Shown: positions 1 to 10,941, numbered from the stretch's first letter. The stretch: 64,000 bases of DNA from an uncultured Chloroflexia bacterium (GCA_963700285.1 CAVOXA010000010.1:1568001-1632000); one strand, 5' to 3'. Program-made: numbers and translations. The notes: generated by a model not told the origin, from the letters alone.

Positions 1-3000
1 ACAAACGACAAGCCATCATTCTTTGACAGACCGTTGGCAGAGGTTCTAAAACCCAACTGGGAAAAGGCCATCTACCTCGTCATCTTTGTCCTGGCTGTGG
101 CCAGCCGCTTCTGGGATCTAGGAGCGCGGGTCATGAGCCACGACGAGAGTCTGCACGCGCTCTATTCCTACTACCTGTACAACGGATCTGGCTACGTCGC
201 ACAACCCCATGATGCACGGCCCCTTTCTCTTTCACGCCAATGCCCTGATTTACTTTCTCTTTGGCGACAACGACTTTCACGGCCCGGATTGTACCCGCCC
301 TCTTTGGCGTGTTCATGGTCATGAGCCCGCTGCTGCTGCGCCGCTGGCTCGGTCGGGTGGGGGCTATCATCACCGCCATCTTGCTGCTGATCTCGCCCTC
401 GTTTCTCTACTACTCGCGCTATATCCGCAACGACATCTATATCGCCGTCTGGACCATCGTGCTCATTGCCGCCCTCTTTCACTTCATGCAGGAGCCGCAA
501 GCCGGGCTGGTTCTATATGGGCGCGGCGGTGCTCATGTTGTCGCTGGCAACCAAGGAGAATGCCTACATCTTTGGCTTCATCGGCCTGCTCTATATCATC
601 GAGGTGTATCCTCTGGGAAAGGGTCAGCCGCCGGAATCAACTCTGGCTCTACATTGGCGGCGCGGCGCTGAGCCTGGTTTTGTTGCTCGCGGCCTATTTC
701 CTGGGACGCTCGCCGGGAGAAGCGGCCGAGGCCGCCGAAGGGGTCGCAGGCGTGCCAGAAGCTAGTACTAAGCGTTGTCACCGTGGTGGGAGGCACTCTG
801 CCAGCGGTCCTGATCAGCGCCAGTCTGATCCGCTCTCGCCATCCCACGGCCCAGCAGCATCGAAGAGGCGCTCCGTTCGCTTTCCTGGCAGGATTGGCTC
901 ATCGCCCTCGTCGTCATGTTTGTCATCTATGCCCTGCTGTTCACCACCTTTTTTACCAACCCGGTAGGACTGGGCACCGGCGTCTTTGGCTCCATCAGCT
1001 ACTGGCTGGCCCAGCAAGAGGTCCAGCGAGGCGGACAGCCCTGGTATTACTATTTCCTTGTACTGACCATGTACGAGCTTTTTGCCATTCCTGTTCAGCT
1101 CAATTGCTACGGTATTCTACCTGGTTCGCAGCCTGCTGCCGCAGCCTGAGGAGGCGGGAGCCCGGCCCCTTCTGATGAAATATTGCCATCCGAGGCACAG
1201 CCCTCCGAAGAGCGACTGCTAGAGGATCCAACCGCAGTTGAGGGCATGCCCGCCGCTCAACCGGAACGCGATGGTTTGCTTTCAAATGCCTCCGACGCCC
1301 GCTTTGTCGCCTTTTTGATCTTTTGGAACATCAGCACACTCTTTATCTATAGCTGGGCCGGGGAAAAGATGCCTTGGCTGGTCCTCCATCCGGTTCTACC
1401 CATGATCGTGCTCACCGGCAAGTTTGCCGGGGACCTGTTCGAAAAAGTGGATTGGCGGGCTGTCTGGCAGCGTGGCGGGGCATTGCTGGCCCTGTTGCTG
1501 CCCATCACGCTCTTTGGCCTGGTTACCTTGGTCAAACTACAGCCCTTCCAGGGCCTTTCGATCTTTAAGCTGCAGGAGACGGGCAACTGGCTCGCCGCGC
1601 TGTTGGTAACGCTGTTGTTGCTGGCCCTTACGGTGGTGGTCATCAGGCGGGTGGGGGCCAGATACTCGCATCCTGGTCACCCTGGGTACCCTGTTGATCT
1701 TTTTAGGGTTCTTTACCGTGCGCTTTGCCTGGATGGCAGCCTATATCAACTATGACTATGCCACAGAACTCCTGGTCTATGCCCACGGCGCCGCCGATGC
1801 CAAACCTACCATGAACGAGATAGCCGACATCTCCCAACGCACAGTAGGCGACAAGATGATCGAAGTAGCCTACGACAGCGACGTGACGTGGCCGCTAGAG
1901 TGGTACATGCGCGAGTATCCCAACCAAAAGTTTTACGGCGAAACACCCACCCGCGAGAACCTGGACGTGCCCGTCGTCCTGGCCGGGGACAAGACCGATT
2001 CCAAGGTCCAGCCCTTCCTGGGCGACCGCTACTATCGTTTCAAGCGGCGGTTGGTATGGTGGCCCAACCAGGAGTATATGGGCCTGACCTGGGAGCGGAT
2101 CGGCGACATCCTGACATCGCCGGAAAAGCGCGAGATCCTGTGGAAGATCCTCTACTTTCGCGAGTACCCGCGCACCCCCGACGATTGGTACCACGTCCAC
2201 AATATGTACCTCTATGTGCGCAAGGACGTTGCCCAGCAGCTCTGGGACTTATGGCGCCGTGCCGCCGGAAGCCATCGAGATGCTGCCTGACCCCATAGGT
2301 CGAGGCCACGCCAGGAGCTGCTCACTGAGCAGGTGTGGGGCACGGTGGGCACCGATGCCGGCCTGTTCAACCACCCCCGGGGCGTGGCCGTTGGGCCAGA
2401 AGGCAACGTGTACGTGGTGGACTCGGACAACCACCGGGTACAGGTTTTTGACGCCAGCGGCACCTTCCTGCGGTAGTGGGGCAGCAACTGCAACCTGGCC
2501 ACCGGCACCGGCTGCGTCGATCCGGATGGCGATGGGCCGTTGGCCATGGGCGATGGCCAGTTCCAGGAACCGTGGGGCATCACCGTCTCCAAGACTGGGC
2601 GCGTCTACGTTACCGATACCTGGAACCATCGCATCCAGGTCTTTGACTCGGAAGGTACCTTCCAGGACAAGTGGGGAACCTATGGCCAGACCGATACCGC
2701 GACGAGCCTGCTGTACGGACCCCGCGACATCGCCATCGACGATTCGGGCCGGATGTTCGTTACCGATACAGGCAACAAGCGTATCATGGTCTTTGCCCAG
2801 AATGGCAGCTACTTGGATCAGTGGGGCGGGGGCGGCATGCTCCGGGCCAGTTTGAGGAACCGGTGGGCATTGACGTAGGCGCGGAAGGCAACATCTATGT
2901 GGCCGATACCTGGAACCAGCGGGTTCAGGTCTTTGACAGCGATCTGGTTCCCCTGCGTGAGTGGCCGGTGGAGGCCTGGTACGGCGAGTCGGTGCTGAAC

Positions 3001-3231
3001 AAGCCCTATCTTGCCGTGGATGACCAAGATCGGGTGTACATCACCGACCCGGAGGGCTACCTGGTCATCGTCTACAGCAACGAAGGGGAGCTGCTGGCGA
3101 CCTTTGGCCAGTTTGGCTACGACGACGCGTCTTTCGCCCTACCCACCGGCATCGATGTGGATGGTGAGGGCTATATCTATGTGACCGACACCGACGGGCA
3201 GCGGGTGATGAAATTCGAGCCGTTGCCCTGA
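1..3231 (+). CDS. Membrane GT-C-type glycosyltransferase (TIGR03663/Agl23-like) fused to C-terminal NHL-repeat beta-propeller; 5'-partial and frameshifted
   Basis: Consecutive fragments RFWDLGARVMSHDESLHA, MMHGP, PSFLYYSRYIRNDIY, YWLAQQEVQRGGQPWYYY, YSWAGEKMPW, TWPLEWYMR, then NHL repeats (FNHPRGVAVGPEGNVYVVDSDNHRVQVFD; FQEPWGITV..VYVTDTWNHRIQVFD). Frame is open from base 1. Several frameshifts and one in-frame TAG at 2474. Confidence 0.75.
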
Positions 3232-3785
3232 GGTACATCGCCGCAGCCTGAGATAGTACAGCCCTCTGATGGAACGGTGCCCGGGTGTTTTCACCCGGGC
3301 GCCGTTCTCGTGTGCAGCCTCCCGATGAGGCGTACACGGGGGGCTTGTACCCACCATTCATCGCACACCCTGGCATAGGCCTGTCCCCCTGCCTGTGCTG
3401 CGTAACTGCCTCGTATGGAACACCCAAGGCCGTCCAGAATTCCGCACGAAACTCTCGCACAAAACTCACACAATTGCTATAGATCCAGATACCGATTCCG
3501 AATATAATAGAGTAGTACGTCCAGATTGTCGAGATCAGGAGGATCCAACAGCAGCAAGAGCTGAACCACGGTGGTGCCAGATATCGATCCGGTCCGAAGG
3601 GTGCTCCCATCGCGTTCTTGCCAGGGTGTGGAGCTCCTATCACCATTCCCTTGCCCTCAACAAGTGGATCGCCGTTCCGGCCCGTACATTGGAGCTATGG
3701 CGCACCTGTACCACAAAACGACATTGGAGCAGTCCGACGACCTGGAAGCGTGGCCGGCGGAGGAGGCCGGAAGAGGGGGTGGTCA

Positions 3786-4094
3786 ATGAAACGCACGACG
3801 ATGGCAGTTGCCCTGATCGGCCTGCTCCTACTGGCTGGGTCGGCACTCGCCCAGACGGGTAGAAGCTTTGACCTGTCGTGGCACACGGTGGACGGAGGTG
3901 GGGCCTTAAACCTGACGGGTCTCTCAGACCCGTCAGGTTTTGGTTTTGCGCTGGGCGGGACGACGGGCCAGCCCGATGCCGGCCTGCTGTCGGGCGGAGG
4001 CATGACCCTCGGTGGTGGATTCTGGGGTGGGGGGGCCGCCGTCCTGCCACCGCCAGGTGGGTACGAGGTCTATCTGCCTGTCGTGCAAAAGTGA
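3786..4094 (+). CDS. Small secreted Gly-rich protein with C-terminal YLP motif (copy 1)
   Basis: ATG 3786 after GGGGGTGG. Signal peptide [22 protein letters not shown], core [27 protein letters not shown], ends YEVYLPVVQK. Confidence 0.85.
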   Translation: MKRTTMAVALIGLLLLAGSALAQTGRSFDLSWHTVDGGGALNLTGLSDPSGFGFALGGTTGQPDAGLLSGGGMTLGGGFWGGGAAVLPPPGGYEVYLPVVQK

Positions 4095-4189
4095 GTGGGC
4101 AGAGATGCAAGGGTTGAGGCTCTGCGTCTCTTGGCAGCCGCGAATCTCGAAATGGTAAAGAGCCCTTGAGCAAGAAAAGGAGGAGAAAG

Positions 4190-6642
4190 ATGGCAGGGAA
4201 ACAGATGATCGGCAGCGTGACGCTGGTGGTGCTGCTACTCAGCTTGGTGGCTGGCGCCACCTTTGCCCAGGACCAGGCGCCTGTGAGGGCGCCCCTGGCC
4301 CCGGCCTTTACCTACCAGGGCCGGCTGGCGGACGGCAGCGGGCCGGTGACGGACACCTGCGATTTTGCCTTCCGCCTCTACGATCAGGCGGGCAGCGGCA
4401 GCCCACCCACAGGGGGCACGCTCCTGGGCACAGAGACGGCCAAGGGGGTGGCCGTGGTCGGCGGCCTGTTCACTGTTTTCCTGGACTTTGGGGCAGGGGC
4501 CTTCCAGGGCCAGGCGCGGTGGCTGGAGGTGGAGGTGGATTGCGGCGATGGCGGAGCGACGCTGAGCCCGCGGCAAGCGCTGACGGCAGCGCCCTATGCG
4601 CTGTGGGCCGTGGGGGCGGGCAGCGCGCCGTGGGGGGGTCTGAGCGGGGTTCCGGCGGGCTTTGCCGACAGCCAGGACAACGATGCGCTGGGCGGGCTGC
4701 GGTGCGGCAGTGGGCAGGTGCCCCAATGGGATGGCAGCGGCTGGGTGTGCGCCGGCGGGGGCACGGCCTACAGCGCCGGGACGGGTCTGCGCCTGGCAGA
4801 GGCCAAGTTCAGCCTGTCGACGAGCTACCGCCTGCCCCAGACCTGTGCCGATGGCGAGATCGCCCAATGGGACAAGGCCAACGAGGTTTGGGTCTGCGGC
4901 ACGGACGACGCGGCAGGCCACACGGCAGGCAACCAGCTCAGGCTGGAAGGCACGGCTTTCCACGTGGTGGAGGGCGCGGGTTCAGGGTTGGATGCGGACC
5001 TGCTGGATGGGCAGGAGGGCGCCGCCTACCAGGCGCGGGTGAGTGGCGCCTGCCCGGCGGGCCAGAGCATCCGCGTCGTCAACGCCGACGGGACGGTGGT
5101 CTGCGAGGCGGACAACGATAGCGGCGGGGACATCACCGCCGTGACTGCCGGGACCGGGCTCAGCGGGGGTGGGGCAAGCGGGGCGGTGACGCTGTCCGCC
5201 GACACAACCTATGTGCAGCGGCGGGTGAGTGGCAGTTGCGCGGCAGGCAGCAGCATCCGCGTGGTACAGGCCGACGGAACGGTGATCTGCGAGACGGACG
5301 ACACAGGGGTGAGCGGCTCGTTCTGGTCGCTGGCGGGCAACGCCAGCACCACGCCAGGTATAGATTTCCTGGGAACGACCGACAACAAGGCCTTGGAGCT
5401 AAAGGTGAATGGCGAGCGTGCGCTGCGCCTGGAACCGGCGGCGGCAAGCCCCAACCTGATCGGGGGCCACAGCTCCAACCTCATCGGCAGCGGGGTAGCT
5501 GGCGCCACCATCGGCGGCGGGGGGAGCGCCGGCGCCACCAACCGCGTGCGCGGCCCCTACAGCACGGTCGGCGGGGGCGAAAACAACGAGGCTGGCGCGT
5601 CCTTCGACGGGGGTGTGAATTCTTTTGCCACGGTTGGTGGAGGCGACACCAACACCGCCAGCGGCGGAGCCGCTACCGTCGGCGGAGGTGAGAGCAACGA
5701 AGCAGCGGGCTCCCACGCCACGGTCGGCGGGGGCCAGGGGAACTCAGCCCTCAACACCCATGCCACAGTCGGCGGCGGTTTTGGAAACACGGCGAGCAAC
5801 TCCTACACCACCGTGGCAGGGGGCGGGGGCAACGACGCCGGGGCTTCAGGTGCTACTGTGGGCGGTGGCACAGAGAACATTGCCAATGGGAGCAGGGCTA
5901 CTGTAGGGGGGGAGAATGGAACCAAGCCCTCTCCAGCCATACCACCGTATGTGGCGGCCGAGAGAACGAGGCCAGCCAGGAAAGTGCCACGGTCGGCGGG
6001 GGCGCGGGCAACACGGCTAGCGGAAAATATGCCACCGTCCCCGGAGGATCTATGAATCTGGCCGCCGGCCAGTATAGCTTTGCCGCCGGTCAGATGGCCC
6101 AGGCCAACAACCAGGGCTGCTTCGTCTGGAGCGACGCCATTACGGGCTATACCACCTGCAGCACCGACAACCAGACTATCTTCGGCTCTACCGGCGGCTT
6201 CTACATCTACACCAGCACCGGTAGTCCACCCTCGGGCCTGTATCTTGCCGCCTCAGGCAGCGCCTGGAATGTGCACAGTGACCGCGAGGCCAAGGAGAAC
6301 TTGGAGGCCGTGGACAATCAGGCCCTCCTGGCCAGACTGGGCCAGATACCTATGACAACTTGGAACTACAGAGCTCAAGACCCATCCATCCGCCACATTG
6401 GGCCGATGGCTCAGGATTTCAATGCGCTGATTGAGGGCCTGGGCGGCGAAGGAGAGGGCTACATCAACAGCCTCGACGCCGACGGCGTGGCGTTGGCTGC
6501 CATCCAGGGCCTGTACATCCAGAATCAGGAACTCTCGGCTGAGAACGCGACACTTTGGCAGCAGATGGATGACCTGGAGGCGAGGCTGGCGGCCCTGGAG
6601 GCGATACTGGCGGCGCAGGCCGCGACAGGGGGCGAACAATGA
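4190..6642 (+). CDS. Secreted tail-fibre-like protein with C-terminal peptidase S74 intramolecular chaperone (fibre 1); one frameshift near 5910
   Basis: RBS AGGAGGAG, signal peptide, N-domain [43 protein letters not shown], Cys-containing repeats (C..G.SIRVV.ADGTV.CE), ATVGGG..N.A repeats, then [27 protein letters not shown] and a coiled coil. Confidence 0.8.
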
Positions 6643-7831
6643 AACGCACAGCGATGGCTGCAGCTTTCATCGCTCTCCTCCTGCTGGCTGGCTCGGCCCT
6701 GGCTCAGACCGGTGGCGACTATGACCTGTCATGGTACACGGTGGACGGCGGCGGCGCGCTGGATCTGGTGGGGCACCCAGAGCCATCGGGCCCTGGGTAC
6801 ACGCTGGGCGGGACGACGGGCCAGCCCGATGCCGGCCTGATGGCGGGCGGAGGCTTGACCCTCGGCGGTGGATTCTGGGGTGGTGGGGCCGCTCCGCCGC
6901 TACCGCCCGGCGGGTACGAGATCTATCTGCCTGTCCTGCTAAAGTAGGTGGGCAGGCAGGCATGCAGGGCGTGAGACTTCAGACCCCGAGAGCCAGCAGT
7001 CGTGAAAAAGGCACAGCACGCTCGAGTGCGAAGAGGAGGAGAAAGATGACGAGAAAACAGATGGTCGGTACTGTGACGCTGGTGGTACTCTTGCTCAGCC
7101 TGGTGGCCGGCGCCGGCTTTGCCCAGGAGGGGGTGACCGTGGGGGCACCTCTGGCCCCGGCCTTTACCTACCAGGGCCGGCTGGCGGACGGCAGCGGGCC
7201 GGTGACCGGCACTTGCGATTTCACCTTCCGTCTGTACGACCAGGCGGGCAGCGGCAGCCCACCCACAGGGGGCACGCTCCTGGGCATGGAGACGGCCAAG
7301 GGGGTGGCGGTGGTCGGCGGGCTGTTCACTGTCTTCCTGGACTTTGGGGCAGGCGCCTTCCAGGGCCAGACGCGGTGGCTGGAGGTGGAGGTGGATTGCG
7401 GCGATGGCGGAGCGACGCTGAGCCCGCGGCAAGCGCTGACGGCAGCGCCCTATGCGCTGTGGGCCGTGGGGGCGGGCGGCGCGCCGTGGGGGGGTCTGAG
7501 CGGGGTTCCGGCGGGCTTTGCCGACAGCCAGGACAACGATGCGCTGGGCGACCTGTCATGCGCCAGCGGTGAGGTGCCCCAATGGGATGGGAAAGGGTGG
7601 GCCTGTGCCGCCGGGGGTGGAGCCTACAGCGCCGGGACGGGACTGCGGCTGACCGAGGGCAAGTTCAGCCTCTCGACGAGCTACCGCCTGCCCCAGACCT
7701 GTGCCGATGGCGAGATCGTCCAATGGGACAAGGCCAACGAGGTTTGGGTCTGCGGCACGGACGACGCGGCAGGCCACACGGCAGGCAACCAGCTCAGGCT
7801 GGACGGCACGGCTTTCCACGTGGTGGAGGGC
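4295..7831 (+). repeat. Direct repeat of ~680 bp (4295-4975 vs 7151-7831) from duplication of the fibre module
   Basis: Near-identical nucleotide sequence at a constant 2856-bp offset, from CTGGCCCCGGCCTTTACCTACCAGGG to CACGTGGTGGAGGGC. Confidence 0.9.
6639..6947 (+). CDS. Small secreted Gly-rich protein with C-terminal YLP motif (copy 2)
   Basis: ATGA overlap with the fibre 1 stop. Paralogue of 3786..4094 ([27 protein letters not shown]), ends [10 protein letters not shown]. Confidence 0.88.
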   Translation: MKRTAMAAAFIALLLLAGSALAQTGGDYDLSWYTVDGGGALDLVGHPEPSGPGYTLGGTTGQPDAGLMAGGGLTLGGGFWGGGAAPPLPPGGYEIYLPVLLK

Positions 7832-9960
7832 CCAGGCTCCGGCCTGGATGCCGACTATCTCGACGGGCAGGAGGGCGCTGCCTACCAGGCCCGCGTCAGC
7901 GGCACCTGCCCGGTGGGCCAGAGCATCCGCGTCGTCAACGCCGACGGTACTGTCGTCTGCGAGACCGACGACGACACCGCCGACCATGGGGCGCTGGCCG
8001 GTCTGGCCGACGACGACCACCTGCAGTACTTCCACCTGGCGCAGAACGAGACAGTGGCCGGGCGGCCGGCCTTCAACGGAGGGACGTCGGGTTCGACAGC
8101 GCCCTTTAGCGTCGACAGCAACGCGGTGGTGGCGAACCTGAACGCGGACCTGCTGGATGGGCAAGAGGGCGCGGCCTACCAGGCCCGCGTGACTGGCACC
8201 TGCCCGGCAGGCCAGAGCATCCGGGTGGTGAACGCCGACGGGACGGTGGTCTGCGAGGCGGACGACGACAGCGGTGGGGACATCACCGCGGTGACGGCCG
8301 GGACAGGGTTGGGCGGCGGGGGGTCGGCCGGGGCGGTGACCCTATCGGCGGACACGACCTACCTGCAGCGGCGGGTGAGCAGTACCTGCCCGGCAGGCCA
8401 GAGCATCCGGGTGGTGAATGCCGACGGGACGGTGGCCTGCGAGGCGGACACGGATACCACCTACAGCGCCGGGACGGGGCTGGGTCTGACGGGTACGGCC
8501 TTCAGTGTGGCGCAGAGCTACCGGTTGCCACAGGGCTGCACCGGTGGCAAGATTGCAGAGTGGAACGGGAGTGCCTGGGTCTGTGCTGACGACGACAGTG
8601 GCGGGGACATCACAGCGGTGAACGCTGGAACGGGGCTCAGCGGCGGGGGGACCGAAGGATCGGTGACCCTGTCCGCCAACGTGGACTATTTGCAGCGCAG
8701 GGTGAGCGGCACCTGCCCGGCGGGTAGCAGCATCCGCGTGGTGCAGGCCGACGGGACGGTGATCTGCGAGACGGACGACACGGGGGTGAGCGGGTCGTTC
8801 TGGTCGCTGGCAGGAAACGCGGGCACGACGCCGGGCACCCACTTTCTGGGGACGACGGACAACAATGCCCTGGAATTCAAGGTGAACAGCGCGCGGGCGC
8901 TACGGCTGGAGCCTACGGAGTTGACGCCGAACTTGATTGGGGGCTATTTGGGCAATTCGGCGGATGCTGGTACGCAGGGGTGGTCATTGGGGGTGGCGGA
9001 AACCAAGGCGGCATCGTCCGCTGGCCCAGTGTGGGCGGCCCAAATCGAGTCACCGACGGCTACGGTACCATCGGTGGCGGGGTAGGGAACCGGGCGGGTG
9101 ATGCGGCCGGCGAGGCCTGGGACGCCAGCTATGCCACCGTGGGCGGCGGTGGACGGAACGAAGCTGAGGGTGAAGCGTCCACGGTGGGTGGCGGGGCGTG
9201 GAACTGGGCTAGCGGCGCATACTCGACCGTCGGTGGAGGACTGAGCAACAAAGCCACCGCCAATTATGCCACCATCGGTGGCGGTGGCCCCTCTGATGAG
9301 GCGGACGCATCTACGTCCAACCGTGTGACCGACAACTATGGCACAATCGGCGGCGGCGGGAACAACGTGGCGGGCGACGAGGCCGGGACAGATGCGCGCT
9401 ACGCAACAGTGGGTGGCGGTGGCTCGAATCGCGCCAATGCGGCGTACGCGACCGTCCCCGGTGGGCAAGGTGCACAAGCTGACCAGCACGGCCAGATGGC
9501 CTACGCCAGTGGCAGCTTTGCCGAGCCAGGTGATGCCCAGGCCGGGCTTTATGTGCTGCGTGCTGAGACAACCCCGGGTGTCGGACGGACCAGGCTATTC
9601 TTGGACGGCGCCGGTAAGGAGCTGACAATCGCCAGCGGCCGGACGGTGGCGTTCGACATCCTGGTCGTGGCGCGCAGCGAGGACAGCGAGTCCGCAGGCT
9701 ACACCATCCAGGGCGTGGTTGAACACCATGCACCTCCGGGAATTAGGTGGGAGTTTCGCTTCGTTGGTACTCCGAGCGTCACTACCCTCGCAGAGGACGA
9801 TCCGAGCTGGGGATTAGAGATCGAGATCAATTCTCAGGATGGGACATTATCCCTCTGGGCTCTTGGCGAGAGCAGCATCCGCGAGAGCAGCGTCCGCTGG
9901 GTGGCTACGGTGCGCACGTCGGAAGTAGCCCAGGAAGTGCCCCCACCCATCCTCCCGTAG
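7046..9960 (+). CDS. Secreted tail-fibre-like protein (fibre 2) with expanded repeats and a different, non-S74 C-terminal domain; frameshift near 8980
   Basis: RBS GAGGAGGAG, N-terminus nearly identical to fibre 1, four C..G.SIRVV.ADGTV.CE repeats, ATVGGG..N.A repeats, C-terminus [26 protein letters not shown]. Confidence 0.78.
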
Positions 9961-9977
9961 GACGGAGGGGTTAACAG

Positions 9978-10219
9978 TGTTCAATCACCGGCGCGGAGGA
10001 TTCTGGCTGGTCTTGGCGGCTGCCACGGTCACGCTCCTCCTGACAGGAATCGTCCTGGCCCCAAAAAGGAGGGCCCGAATAACCTGTCCTGGCATACGGT
10101 CGACGGCGGCGGGATGATGGATCTGACGGGCCTCTCAGGCCCTACAGGTGTTGGCTATGCGCTGGGCTGGCCAACCGTCCCGCCGTGTGGTCTTCTACCT
10201 GCTCCTGATCCTGCGTTAG
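9978..10219 (+). pseudogene. Degenerate third copy of the small YLP-motif protein
   Basis: GGAGGGG RBS then GTG, hydrophobic signal, LSWHTVDGGGMMDLTGLSGPTGVGYALG, internal deletion/frameshifts, ends FYLLLILR-TAG. Confidence 0.65.
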
Positions 10220-10253
10220 CGGACCGGGAGATCAGCCGAACACGCAGAGTCAC

Positions 10254-10574
10254 AGGGCAATTGCATTTGTCATTGCGAGTTCATCTATGGCGCGGGGTGC
10301 CACTCCATGCGGAAAAACTCGGCCCTCGGGAAGCCGTCATCCTGAGCGTAGCGAAGGATCTCGGTTGGGTGCAAGTGAGAGTCCCTTCGATGCTTCAGGA
10401 CAGGCATTCGCCTCCGCTGCGCTCTGGCTCAGAACATGTCCTGAGGGCAGCCGAAGGATGACGGGAGTCCAGTTTCTTGGTGGCGTCAGCGACGAAGCAA
10501 TCCCCAGAATCAGACATAGATTGCTTCACTTTGTTCGCAATGACAAACATTGGAGCCCCAAATGTAATTGCCCT
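10254..10574. repeat. Nested palindromic (REP/MITE-like) element
   Basis: Outer inverted repeat AGGGCAATTGCATTTG / CAAATGTAATTGCCCT (15/16). Inside: GTCATTGCGA..GAAGCAATC..GATTGCTTC..TCGCAATGAC. Inside that: GTCATCCT..AGGATGAC with a further CCTTCG..TCAGGACA / TGTCCTGA..CGAAGG pair. Confidence 0.75.
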
Positions 10575-10598
10575 ACCCAGAGTGAGTCATGCCGGCCC

Positions 10599-10627
10599 TT
10601 GACAGCCCGCCGGTTCGATGCTATCCT
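10599..10627 (+). promoter_or_regulatory. sigma70-type promoter
   Basis: TTGACA (10599-10604), 17-bp spacer, extended -10 TGcTATCCT (hexamer 10622-10627). Confidence 0.7.
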
Positions 10628-10668
10628 TATGATTGACCTCAGGGCCTTGGGAGGAAAAGGAGCTAACC

Positions 10669-10860
10669 ATGGTGCGTCGCCACCTGAGCAGCACAGGCCA
10701 TAGCTGGTCCCTGTTTTGGGCCAGGTCTGCTGAGTGGGCCTCTCCTCCACCTTGGCGGGCGCTCGCCTTCCCGGGAGAACAGTCTCCAGCCTGTCCTGGG
10801 GATCCAAGCGATGGGTCAGATGGCCTGCGCCACAGATCCAGTTGCATCCAGTCTGAATAG
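10669..10860 (+). CDS. Putative 63-aa leader peptide (uORF)
   Basis: AAGGAG RBS, ATG 10669, MVRRHLSSTGHSWSLFWARSAEWASPPPWRAL... It lies between the promoter and a terminator-like hairpin. No recognisable family. Confidence 0.45.
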   Translation: MVRRHLSSTGHSWSLFWARSAEWASPPPWRALAFPGEQSPACPGDPSDGSDGLRHRSSCIQSE

Positions 10861-10898
10861 CCCGTCCAGGGTCTATTTGCGGCCCGGCGGGCTTTTTT
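10859..10898 (+). terminator. Intrinsic terminator/attenuator upstream of the 1733-aa gene
   Basis: AGCCCGTCCAGGGTC-loop-GGCCCGGCGGGCT followed by a T-run, 43 nt before the ATG at 10942. Confidence 0.65.
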
Positions 10899-10941
10899 CG
10901 TCCGGCAGAGAGACAATTCTTTCGTACTCAAGGAGGCGTAC

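Noticed and set aside
2474-2476. In-frame TAG in the NHL domain as possible pyrrolysine or recoding
   Set aside because: The position fits CAG (Gln) in an FLRQWG-type repeat, the gene has many other errors, other genes use TAG as a normal stop, and no pyl genes are in the window.
4295-7831. Diversity-generating retroelement template/variable repeat pair
   Set aside because: Both copies are coding N-terminal regions, the differences are not adenine-specific, and no reverse transcriptase is present.
10630-10900. Known riboswitch (c-di-GMP, c-di-AMP, T-box) in the leader of the giant gene
   Set aside because: I could not find the conserved aptamer motifs by eye, so it is kept only as a uORF/terminator candidate.
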